Shown piece by piece: positions 25,227 through 32,935 of a stretch of 38,469 bases of DNA. Each line of letters begins with the position of its first letter. Position 1 is the first letter of the stretch. Origin of the DNA: a virus (lineage: Duplodnaviria > Caudoviricetes). The stretch is from positions 1 to 38,469 of IMG/VR virus record IMGVR_UViG_3300037045_000087; one strand, 5' to 3'. A model generated the notes under the pieces. It saw only the letters and a program-made list of their open reading frames with translations, did not search any database and had not been told where the DNA came from. Made by a program: the position numbers and the translations under genes.

Positions 25227-25244
25227 CACCCTGGAGCGGTTCAG
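25227..25244. promoter_or_regulatory. Second copy of the putative late-activator site, upstream of the lysis/terminase operon
   Basis: CACCCTGGAGCGGTTCAG versus CACCCTGGATTGGTTCAG at 13135-13152. Confidence 0.6.
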
Positions 25245-25627
25245 CGGGAAGAGATCGGAAGAGTCTTTTGAACCTGCCTGCGGCTTGCCTGCCGCTTGAT
25301 GGTCCAGACCCAGGATTCGGTTGTGCCTGTCTCCAGGGCGATGCGCCTGGCTGACCACCCGGCGGCTAGGAGTTGCAAGATCCTGGCTTTTGCTGCTGGC
25401 TTCTTTTTGACCGCGTTGGGGAACATGAGCGTCGAACCGCCGTACCTGGCCGACAAGGCTGCCGCCGCACAGGTGCCGAGCAGGGCCATGAGGTCTCCGC
25501 GCCGGAAGTCGGAGGGGATGTACCGACTTGCCCCGCCGTTGATCGTGCAGATGGTCGTGGCTGCGTCCTCCCCTACTGTCTCGACGAGCTCTGCCCAGGA
25601 GATATGCTGCGCTCCCATTAGCTCCAC
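25241..25627 (-). CDS. Mor/C-family late transcription activator
   Basis: ELVETVGEDAA...GGASRYIP, YGGSTLMFP and a C-terminal HTH (SARRIALETGTTESWV). Confidence 0.8.
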   Translation of the reverse strand: MELMGAQHISWAELVETVGEDAATTICTINGGASRYIPSDFRRGDLMALLGTCAAAALSARYGGSTLMFPNAVKKKPAAKARILQLLAAGWSARRIALETGTTESWVWTIKRQASRRQVQKTLPISSR

Positions 25628-25821
25628 CCCTCCCAGGTTGGTTCGCCCTGGGCGATGGCCGTGATGAGGCCCTGCGAAAAGGTGATGGCCTCATCCCTGG
25701 TCAGCGTGACCTGGCACAGGCCTGGCAGGAGGATGCAGACGGCCCCGGCCCCGGCTGGTTCGGCTGCGATCTTGCGGGGGTCCAGACGCTCGAAAAGCTG
25801 CTCTTTGCGCGGGTCACTCAT
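25618..25821 (-). CDS. Hypothetical protein
   Basis: GAGGA RBS; overlaps both neighbours in the operon. Confidence 0.6.
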   Translation of the reverse strand: MSDPRKEQLFERLDPRKIAAEPAGAGAVCILLPGLCQVTLTRDEAITFSQGLITAIAQGEPTWEGWS

Positions 25822-26194
25822 CGGCCTGGTCCTCCTCTTCGTGGAGGAGGGTCATTATGCGCTCGGTCGCCCGCCTCGCCGCTAGGGCGACATCCAGCAT
25901 CATCTTCAGGCGCTTCATTTTGTGTGCTCGGAACTTGGCCACCATTTGCCTGAACTCCTCCGGCGTGATGGCCTCCTCCGGCTCTAGGCCCCCAGTTGCT
26001 ATGACGTAAGGCAGCTGGTCGGCCACAATGGAGAGGTCAGCGAGCTCTTCCGCCACCTTTTCCGCCGAGCCCCTTCCTCGGCGCCAGTGATTCAGGGCCG
26101 CGAAGAGCTCCCCGGCCTCCTCCGCCAGAAGCATAACCCTGTCCTCCGGCCCCCATTTTTCCACGGCCTGTTCGAATATCGTTTTTTCGCTCAA
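25814..26194 (-). CDS. MazG-like nucleotide pyrophosphohydrolase domain protein (start uncertain)
   Basis: LAEEAGEL...VAEELADL acidic motif pair; TTG start after GAGAGG. Confidence 0.7.
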   Translation of the reverse strand: MSEKTIFEQAVEKWGPEDRVMLLAEEAGELFAALNHWRRGRGSAEKVAEELADLSIVADQLPYVIATGGLEPEEAITPEEFRQMVAKFRAHKMKRLKMMLDVALAARRATERIMTLLHEEEDQADE

Positions 26195-26324
26195 AATTGC
26201 CTCTCTCTCGCGTTCTGGTTTTCGGGTGGCCCTTGGCCCGGTTTTTTGCCCCTGACTCGCCACGCGGCCTCCTGGGTGGCAAATCCGACCATCCGAGGGG
26301 TGCGTTTTGGGTGGTCCCTTTGTT

Positions 26325-26780
26325 TTAAGCTCGGTCCTCAAGAAGTTCGGCAGGAATGATCTCGACCTCGATCCTGGGGGCCAGGCCGTAATATTTGCCC
26401 GTGCCCTGGAGATATTCGACCACCTGGGCGTCGTCCTTCCAGAAGCACAGGTCGGTCATGACGTCCTTGACGTGCTTGAGGACGTTATCGAGATCCGGCT
26501 TACCTGTGGGCCGGATGGAGCCCTGGAGCACGGCTGCGACCTTTTTCTTCTGGCTCCAGCTGTCCGGGACCCTGAAGACGGCCCGGATGCGGAGCGCGAG
26601 TGGCCCCTCCAGGGGGGCTGCCGGAACGTGTGGTGCCAGGAGTGCTGCGAGGGTTGTCTCGCGCTCTGCCTGGGTGTCGTGCTTGAAGGTCTTCGAGATG
26701 ATCTTCCCGGACTTGGTTCGGATGGTGCCGTGCCTGGCTCGCATCTGGCCGACCGGGTTAATGCAGACGGTGAATTTCAT
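26325..26780 (-). CDS. rusA: RusA family Holliday junction resolvase
   Basis: KPDLDNVLK.VKD and WKDDAQVV motifs; GGAGG RBS. Confidence 0.92.
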   Translation of the reverse strand: MKFTVCINPVGQMRARHGTIRTKSGKIISKTFKHDTQAERETTLAALLAPHVPAAPLEGPLALRIRAVFRVPDSWSQKKKVAAVLQGSIRPTGKPDLDNVLKHVKDVMTDLCFWKDDAQVVEYLQGTGKYYGLAPRIEVEIIPAELLEDRA

Positions 26781-26956
26781 TTTTTGCCCTCCATGGCTTT
26801 GCGCTTCATGCGCTCCTCGCGCTGCTGTGCGCGTTCTGGGTCGTAGAGGATGCAGGACTCCGGGCCGCTGGTGATCTTGTGCCCGCAGTAGCCCTGGCGT
26901 GGCTCCCAGGCTGAACAGGGCTCGTCCAGGCAGATGGGGCGCGGGGGCCTTACCAT
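26777..26956 (-). CDS. Small Cys-rich protein (59 aa); absent from the ORF track
   Basis: MVRPPRPICLDEPCSAWEPRQGYCGHKITSGPESCILYDPE...; GAGGA RBS; overlaps both neighbours. Confidence 0.55.
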   Translation of the reverse strand: MVRPPRPICLDEPCSAWEPRQGYCGHKITSGPESCILYDPERAQQREERMKRKAMEGKK

Positions 26957-27492
26957 GCCGCGTCCTCTTCAGCCTCGCCGTAATAGCCCCGGCGATCATT
27001 GTCTGGCCTGGCGTATTGTGCTCTTGCCCTGGCAACCTGGTCCCTGACACCGGGGGCGTTTTTGAAGTCTGCGCCGAGTGTTTTTCCCTTTGTGCTCCTC
27101 CATCCCTGGGCTTCCATTTGTGCGAGAGATACACGGCCTACGTACCCGGCAGATCCCTGGAGGCAATGGCAAAAGATCACGGCCGTTCTTCCGTCCCGCT
27201 CAAGGAACAAGATCCCCGCCTCACAGTCTCGACAGCCCTTCTCGTCCACGCTTGCGACCTTGCCTGGGTTCTCCATCTGCCAGGCCCTGAACTTCTCGCG
27301 GAAGGCTTTGGGCAGGTTCCTGGGCATGGTGTCGCATTCGTCCGTTAATTTTTCGACGATGAAGGGCAGGGCCTCTTCCGGGATGTTCTGAACCTTTTCG
27401 AACCAGGCGACCTTTGTGTGGGCCGGGGCTTCTCGGGAACCTAGAAACGCGGCGATCTGGTTGACGGCATGGGCGAAATTCTCTTCTCTCAT
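26950..27492 (-). CDS. Replication-associated protein, possible helicase loader, with CxxC...CxC
   Basis: Follows the initiator with an ATGA overlap; CRDC and CHC motifs. Confidence 0.55.
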   Translation of the reverse strand: MREENFAHAVNQIAAFLGSREAPAHTKVAWFEKVQNIPEEALPFIVEKLTDECDTMPRNLPKAFREKFRAWQMENPGKVASVDEKGCRDCEAGILFLERDGRTAVIFCHCLQGSAGYVGRVSLAQMEAQGWRSTKGKTLGADFKNAPGVRDQVARARAQYARPDNDRRGYYGEAEEDAAW

Positions 27493-28346
27493 TGCAGGCT
27501 CCTTGTTGCGCGTATCTTGCGCATCTCTTCGGCGTCTTTTGCGGCCCTGGCTTCCGGTGTCATGTCCTGGCGCATGACGATGACCTTGTCTTCCCACCTT
27601 CTCCCCGAGATCCAGCCTTGCGCCCATTTCGGGGTATTGCCGCTTGCAATGACGGTCTCGCGGTTTGCCGCCTCTGCGGTGGCCGCTGTGATAATCTCTT
27701 CAACGAGGGTGTCGGTCAGGATGGGAATTTCGATCCAGGCGTCAGCGGCTTCGGCTTTGCCCTTGGGATATGCGAATGCTGACCAGAAACGGTTGAAGGC
27801 CTCCAGGCGTTTGCCCTTGAGCTTGCGCTTTTTCTTGGTCAGGTAGAAAGGTTCAGACCCCTGAGAGTGAACCTCATCGCCCTTGGCGTGAGGAATATTC
27901 TCTTCTGTCTTTATTCTTTCATTCTTAACTTTCTTGTCTTTCTTGTTTGTGTCCGTTTGTTGTTCGCTTGCTGTCCGCTTGCTGTCCGCTTGCTGTCCGG
28001 CCTGCTGTCCGGCCTGCTGTTGTTCGGCCTGGTAAGTGTCCCAATTTACAATGGTAATCACGGTGAATTTGTTGTTCGGTCTGGTGTCCACAAATTCGAG
28101 CATTTTCATCTTTTCTAGCGTCCTTGCAAACTTACTTGGTGAAATTCCAAGCTCCGTTGCGGCTGCGTTTCTGCCGGAGATGAATTGCCCCGCTTGAAGG
28201 TGTACGACCTGATTGCCGACAATCTGTTTTCGTTGTTTGTGTGTTGCTTTGAACATGGCCCATAAAAAAAACTGGCAGGCCCCTGGATCTTGTAAGATCC
28301 CGGAGTCTTCCAGTTTTCTCCAAACCTTGACATAGCCCCGGTGCAT
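27489..28346 (-). CDS. Phage replication initiator (replisome organiser)
   Basis: GYVKVWRK, GQFISGR, TVITIVNWDTYQ, FNRFWSAF and W.SGRRWED motifs; internal iterons. Confidence 0.88.
   Translation of the reverse strand: MHRGYVKVWRKLEDSGILQDPGACQFFLWAMFKATHKQRKQIVGNQVVHLQAGQFISGRNAAATELGISPSKFARTLEKMKMLEFVDTRPNNKFTVITIVNWDTYQAEQQQAGQQAGQQADSKRTASEQQTDTNKKDKKVKNERIKTEENIPHAKGDEVHSQGSEPFYLTKKKRKLKGKRLEAFNRFWSAFAYPKGKAEAADAWIEIPILTDTLVEEIITAATAEAANRETVIASGNTPKWAQGWISGRRWEDKVIVMRQDMTPEARAAKDAEEMRKIRATRSLQ
27895..28020. repeat. Putative replication origin: iterons next to an AT-rich tract inside the initiator gene
   Basis: GCTTGCTGTCC x3 perfect (27966-27998), two GGCCTGCTGT(CC) variants to 28020, T-rich tract at about 27895-27950. 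Confidence 0.75.
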
Positions 28347-28447
28347 CGCTTAATTTGACCTCGCTGTTTGTTTTGAACCCCTGGCTTCGATTTGACCCCG
28401 AGCCGGGGGTTTTCTTTTTGTCCCACCAATATCTTCTTGCCCCTCCC

Positions 28448-28639
28448 TCACTTCCGAATATCTTCGAGTTCAAGACGATCCAGGCCCCGGAGTTTGAGCA
28501 CCTGGGGCATGGCCAGGATGAGGCAGGAGCGGATCAGTTCCGACGCGCTCTTGTCTGCCTCGAAGGCCTGGGCCTGAAGCCACTCCTTAAACTCCGGGGT
28601 GCATTTGAAGGTGATGCTTTCGTCCGCCTTTGACATCAC
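28448..28639 (-). CDS. Small ribbon-helix-helix-like regulator in the CII position
   Basis: SITFKCTPEFKEWL...SASELIR pattern; GGAGG RBS. Confidence 0.6.
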   Translation of the reverse strand: MMSKADESITFKCTPEFKEWLQAQAFEADKSASELIRSCLILAMPQVLKLRGLDRLELEDIRK

Positions 28640-28857
28640 ACCTCCACCTTTTCTGGCTTTGGGTTATTCTCGTAGATTACTGGCCAGAGCTTCTCGATAG
28701 TTTTTCCAGCCAAACCCGTGTTCTGACTCGAGAGAAAACGGTCTATGCTCTTCCAGTCCACTCCAGCCTGTTTGGCGAGCTGGAGGCGAGTCCGGCCTGG
28801 CATCGAAACCCATTTAAGCGCGTCTTCTCTGACTTGTTTCAGTGAGAAAGTTTTCAT
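28636..28857 (-). CDS. cro: Cro-like HTH repressor
   Basis: TRLQLAKQAGVDWKSIDRFL HTH; divergent from cI. Confidence 0.8.
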   Translation of the reverse strand: MKTFSLKQVREDALKWVSMPGRTRLQLAKQAGVDWKSIDRFLSSQNTGLAGKTIEKLWPVIYENNPKPEKVEV

Positions 28858-28864
28858 GAGGCAG

Positions 28865-28893
28865 TTGCTAGGACAATTTTCCTAGGTTGTAAA
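28865..28893 (-). promoter_or_regulatory. PR-like promoter with overlapping operator
   Basis: TTTACA-17 nt-TAGCAA on the minus strand; palindrome CTAGGA-N6-TCCTAG at 28868-28885. Confidence 0.75.
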
Positions 28894-28939
28894 GTGGCAA
28901 AATTGGAAAAATTACGTTGAGAGACATTCAGGGGGTGGC

Positions 28940-29599
28940 ATGGTGTTTGACATGAAAAACATGAACGAAGTCAGATCGCGCCTTGAGGAACTAAGTAAAA
29001 CGGCATTTAATAGCGTGAATGATATGGCCGCAAAGACAGGGGTTGAGCAAAAATCCCTTTTTAGGTTTCTCCAGCCTGGGTCCACGGCTGGCCTGTCTCT
29101 TTCTACTTTTTTTAAGATCCTCGAATACTTTGGTGGACGTATTTCGTTTCCCGGAGATGAGCGTCCGCAGGTCTGTGACATGGGCGACTATGCCATGGTG
29201 CCCAAGGTCCGGGCGAAACTTGGCGCGGGATCGAGCCTCGTCACAGACGGAGAACAAGAGGGGCTATATGCCTTCCGAAAAGACTTCCTTCGGCGCATTG
29301 GTCTAGACGGCAATGGGGACCTTGCCCTTTTTGATGTGATTGGGGACAGCATGGACCCAACAATACAGCACATGGATACAGTGCTGGTATCGAGAAGGGA
29401 GACAGACCCCGTGAGCGGCCAAATATATGCGATCCGGGTTGATGATGAATTGCTGGTCAAGCGGATACTGAAGGAACCAGGAAAGCTGGTTGTAAAGTCT
29501 GATAATCCCGATTATGGGACCTTTGAAATAAATATTGCAGAACCGTCTGGAAGTGTCGAGATTATTGGAAGGGTGCGCTGGCAAGGGCGTGTTTATTAA
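28940..29599 (+). CDS. cI: CI-like repressor (HTH plus S24 autopeptidase)
   Basis: N-terminal HTH; VIGDSMDPT (Ser) and LLVKR (Lys) motifs. Confidence 0.93.
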   Translation: MVFDMKNMNEVRSRLEELSKTAFNSVNDMAAKTGVEQKSLFRFLQPGSTAGLSLSTFFKILEYFGGRISFPGDERPQVCDMGDYAMVPKVRAKLGAGSSLVTDGEQEGLYAFRKDFLRRIGLDGNGDLALFDVIGDSMDPTIQHMDTVLVSRRETDPVSGQIYAIRVDDELLVKRILKEPGKLVVKSDNPDYGTFEINIAEPSGSVEIIGRVRWQGRVY

Positions 29600-29612
29600 A
29601 CAGGGGGGGGCG

Positions 29613-30119
29613 ATGAAATATGTTTTGATTTTTTTATTGTTTTTTTCCGCAACAGACGCGCTGTGTGCAAATGTTAATGGATTCAGAGGAATTCATTGGG
29701 GTGAAAATGTAGAAAAAAGATCCAGTGAACTTATATTCATAAGCGAAGACAACGAGCTTGTAAATGGCAAGGTTTATGTTCGAAGGAATGATGAAAGGCG
29801 AATTGGTGGGGCTGTGCTTGAAAAAATAGAGTATGTCTTCATTGAAGATAAATTTTATTCAGTACGAATTTTTGTGTCTTCTGTTGAAAACTTTGAAGAA
29901 CTGAGACTAGCAACAACTGAAAAATTTGGACAAAAATTTAGTGTTGATCAAAATAAAAACTCTATTTCATGGGAAGACGATGGCAACACAGCCGTGTCTA
30001 TGTATTACTTTCCCATGAGCGAGTCCGGACTTCTTGAAATAACAAGCTCCGCAATGGTTGGTTCGGAAAAGCGAAAATCACAGGAAAGGGCCTCAAGTGG
30101 AGCGAAAAACGATTTTTAG
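29613..30119 (+). CDS. AT-rich exported protein downstream of cI (lysogenic conversion candidate)
   Basis: Signal peptide MKYVLIFLLFFSATDALCA; visibly lower GC than the flanks. Confidence 0.75.
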   Translation: MKYVLIFLLFFSATDALCANVNGFRGIHWGENVEKRSSELIFISEDNELVNGKVYVRRNDERRIGGAVLEKIEYVFIEDKFYSVRIFVSSVENFEELRLATTEKFGQKFSVDQNKNSISWEDDGNTAVSMYYFPMSESGLLEITSSAMVGSEKRKSQERASSGAKNDF

Positions 30120-30150
30120 CTAATATTAAAAAACTGCGCAGCGATTTTTT

Positions 30151-30184
30151 TCCCACTCCGAAAAACCGGGGTGGGATTTTTTTT
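30151..30184 (+). terminator. Intrinsic terminator of the cI operon
   Basis: TCCCACTCCG...CGGGGTGGGA stem followed by T8. Confidence 0.85.
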
Positions 30185-30192
30185 ATCCTGTG

Positions 30193-30245
30193 TTAGGATT
30201 TTTTTCCAATTAACGCTTGACCGGTTAGGAACATTTTCCTAGAAG
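30193..30245 (+). promoter_or_regulatory. PL-like promoter with two operator copies
   Basis: TTGACC (30217-30222)-17 nt-TAGAAG (30240-30245); operators TTAGGA-N6-TCCAAT (30193-30210) and TTAGGA-N6-TCCTAG (30225-30242). Confidence 0.8.
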
Positions 30246-30452
30246 GGAATCAAGACGAAGGGGTTCATTGAAAGAAAAAGAGACACACAAGCCGAGGCGG
30301 GAAGAAAGGCCCCGAAGAGTCCCGGCACAAACCACTCCAGGGGAACGTGGGTACGAGGACCCCCCTGGATACAACAACAAGCCAAGATCGTGATTTAAAA
30401 GGAGCCTTCGGGCTCCAAATCAAACCACGAACCTGAAACCTGGAGGACGAAA

Positions 30453-30653
30453 ATGGAAACGAAGTACGCAGTGCAGTTGGTCAATAATGGCTTCACCTTC
30501 TTTCTGAGAAAGACGACCTGGACCTCTACCCCTGAAAGGGCAAGCCTGTTCGAAAACGAAGCTGCTGCACGGATGGCCCTGGATAACGCAAAGCAGTTCA
30601 TGGCGCGGAAGTCTGACGCAAAGCGGTGTGTGATCATCACGATGGAGGGCTAG
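30453..30653 (+). CDS. Hypothetical early protein
   Basis: GGAGG RBS; first ORF after PL. Confidence 0.7.
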   Translation: METKYAVQLVNNGFTFFLRKTTWTSTPERASLFENEAAARMALDNAKQFMARKSDAKRCVIITMEG

Positions 30654-30656
30654 GAA

Positions 30657-30902
30657 ATGAGCGAGCTGGCAGGGTACAATAAATTTCAGAAACTTCTCGC
30701 CGAGGCCCTGTGGATGCACGCCGGGGCCTTGCTGGATAGCCCAACGACCTGCGCCATCCACTATGTCAGGATGTTCCGCAGGATGCCGATCCTGGCCGCC
30801 TGGGGGCTCTTTGCCCTGGCCAAGCGGCATGAAGAGCTCCACCCGGAGAGAGAGGCCCAAATCGAGGCCCTGCTCTTGAAGCGGTTGGACAACCTGAACT
30901 GA
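30657..30902 (+). CDS. Hypothetical early protein
   Basis: GGAGG RBS; tight spacing. Confidence 0.65.
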   Translation: MSELAGYNKFQKLLAEALWMHAGALLDSPTTCAIHYVRMFRRMPILAAWGLFALAKRHEELHPEREAQIEALLLKRLDNLN

Positions 30903-30945
30903 ATAACGAGGCCCCGAAAGGGGCCTTCTCTTTGGAGGTGCCGAG

Positions 30946-31190
30946 ATGTTTGGACACTATGACGACGAATTTGACCACCTGGCCACCCCTGCTGAAGCGG
31001 TCCGCGAATGGGCCCGGAACTTCGGCCACGACCACCCCGACCAGGCCTGGCTCCTGTCTGACCGGGACACCTGGGAACGTAACCCCTTTTACCAGGGGCC
31101 GCCCGTGGAGCATCCGGGGCGTTTTGGGCCTGGGTTCCGGACACCAAGCTGGACGAGTTTGACGAAGAGTTTCCGGGCTGCCTTTTTTAA
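30946..31190 (+). pseudogene. Small early protein, probably frameshifted near 31116-31119
   Basis: The annotated frame runs through a hairpin into the next gene; adding one base gives ...EHPxAFWAWVPDTKLDEFDEEFPGCLF* ending just before the hairpin. Confidence 0.5.
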
Positions 31191-31234
31191 CCACACTGGG
31201 GGCTTCGGCCCCCTTCTCTTTGGAGGGCTTCACC

Positions 31235-31426
31235 ATGGAAGTTTTGGCAACAGTGACGAGGAGCGACTGGACTCCGAGCAGTCCCTGGATTGTGAAGATT
31301 AAGGAGAGCAAGGCGCACAGGACGAAGGCCTGCGTTTTCCCTGGGTCTTGGAAGACGAAAAAGAAGGCCCAGGCCTTTGCTGATGAGTTCAACAGGCTGT
31401 CGAATGAGAGATGGGGGTCGAAATGA
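31235..31426 (+). CDS. Hypothetical basic early protein
   Basis: GGAGG RBS before ATG 31235. Confidence 0.65.
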   Translation: MEVLATVTRSDWTPSSPWIVKIKESKAHRTKACVFPGSWKTKKKAQAFADEFNRLSNERWGSK

Positions 31427-31695
31427 TCAAATTCATGAAACACTACGTCACGGACGGGAAGACAAAGGCGCGGGTTTGGTATTCCCTGGATAACCGGAGA
31501 GATGGCCGGAGGTGTGTCTCCCTGTATGCCAAGGACTACGAAGACGGGCGCTTCCTGGGTCAAATCCTCCCTGACCAGTACGTCAATAACACGGACTTCC
31601 ACACGGATTACTTCGAGAAGGGCCGCGCGGTCCTTTTTGAGGGCCACGACCTCTACCCCGCCGCGAGACAGCGGGCCGAATCCAGGGGGGCCTGA
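31423..31695 (+). CDS. Hypothetical early protein
   Basis: ATGA overlap; NNTDFHTDYFEK...HDLYPAA. Confidence 0.65.
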   Translation: MIKFMKHYVTDGKTKARVWYSLDNRRDGRRCVSLYAKDYEDGRFLGQILPDQYVNNTDFHTDYFEKGRAVLFEGHDLYPAARQRAESRGA

Positions 31696-31997
31696 TGATC
31701 ACCAGAAAGCAGTACCTGGCCGGAAAGGCCTCGTTCCAAGAATACTACGGGCAGTTCGTGACAACGGCGGTTCTGGCCGCCATCAAGTGTCGGTTTGGCC
31801 TGGCTCTGGCCAAGTCCACCGACCCCCATTTCAACGACATCCCTTTGCGCGATTGGGATCTTCTCGCAGACCGCCTCCGCCCGGTCCTGGGCCGCCGCAT
31901 AGCCGAGGCCAACGAGAATGGAGGGGTCAGCTTGTCCGACCTTGTCTGCACGCTGAAGGTGGGCGCCATGAAAATTCGGGAAGCCGAGTCCAGATAA
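31695..31997 (+). CDS. Hypothetical early protein
   Basis: TGATG overlap; EYYGQFVT, DPHFNDIPLRDWD and SLSDLVCTLK. Confidence 0.7.
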   Translation: MITRKQYLAGKASFQEYYGQFVTTAVLAAIKCRFGLALAKSTDPHFNDIPLRDWDLLADRLRPVLGRRIAEANENGGVSLSDLVCTLKVGAMKIREAESR

Positions 31998-32119
31998 TCC
32001 CGGCCCCTTCTGGGGCCTGAACCTATAGCCGCCCAGGGACGAAACGGCCAAGGCCAAGAGTTCATAACAGACCGCGGGCAGGGGCTGTCCCTGTCCCTGG
32101 GCGATCACGGAGTGAAAAT

Positions 32120-32551
32120 ATGAAAGGCAGTTCAAGTGCTTTTAAGATCGAGCGGGCTACGAGCCCCAACGTCCAGGAAAACCTTTTCTCGGATATGGCC
32201 CGGTGTGACCTGACCCAGGAGGAGCTCCAGGACTTGGCCAGGGAGATGGCCGACGACCAACTGGAACTGGAGCGCCTGGAGGGCGAAAAGGCCTCCGTCA
32301 CGAAGTCCTATGGCTCCAGGATCGAGTCCGTGAAGGCCAGGATCAGGGAGAAGTCCGGGACCTTCCGCCAGGGTTGGGAGATGCGCGAGGTCGAGCATGT
32401 GGAGGTGAAGGATTTTGACCTGGGCACCTGTACCTTGCTTCGCATGGATACGGGCGAGGTTGTGAAGTCTCGCAAGCTGACGAGGGCCGAGCTTGATAGC
32501 AAGGCGAGTCGGCTTCCGATTGAGGTTCCAGATAACGAGATCGAACAATAG
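32120..32551 (+). CDS. Hypothetical coiled-coil protein
   Basis: GGAG RBS; LTQEEL...RMDTGEVV..R.LT. Confidence 0.7.
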   Translation: MKGSSSAFKIERATSPNVQENLFSDMARCDLTQEELQDLAREMADDQLELERLEGEKASVTKSYGSRIESVKARIREKSGTFRQGWEMREVEHVEVKDFDLGTCTLLRMDTGEVVKSRKLTRAELDSKASRLPIEVPDNEIEQ

Positions 32552-32561
32552 GAGGTTCGAC

Positions 32562-32771
32562 ATGCCTGTATTTACCCAGAAGACGACCGAGGAAACTTCG
32601 GTTCACTTTACTGAGGACGAGCGGCGATATGTGGTCCTGAAGTGCGCCACCCCCACCCAGTTCCGCCAGATATGGGACCGGATGCTCCAGGGGGAAAACT
32701 TCGACGCCCTGGTCGATGAGCTTGGAAGGATCCAGGAGGAGTACGACACCCGGAAGGAGCGTGCCGCATGA
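32562..32771 (+). CDS. Hypothetical protein
   Basis: AGGAGG RBS before ATG 32562. Confidence 0.65.
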   Translation: MPVFTQKTTEETSVHFTEDERRYVVLKCATPTQFRQIWDRMLQGENFDALVDELGRIQEEYDTRKERAA

Positions 32772-32935
32772 CACCGACGCTCTGGGAGGCCTTCCGAGAG
32801 TTTGTGGGGCTGCCTGGCAAGGCGAGGGTCAAGGAGATCCCGAGCGATGCCCTGGCTATGTTCTTTTTCTCGAAACCAAAAAAGGCCGGGGATTGCGCCC
32901 CCGGCCAGAAACAAAAGGAGGTTCGCCCATGCTGA
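32768..32935 (+). CDS. Small hypothetical protein (55 aa); absent from the ORF track
   Basis: AAGGAG RBS; ATGA overlap; MTPTLWEAFREFVGLPGK... Confidence 0.5.
   Translation: MTPTLWEAFREFVGLPGKARVKEIPSDALAMFFFSKPKKAGDCAPGQKQKEVRPC

Noticed and set aside
32030-32103. Hammerhead ribozyme suggested by GACGAAAC
   Set aside because: The CTGANGA core is missing.
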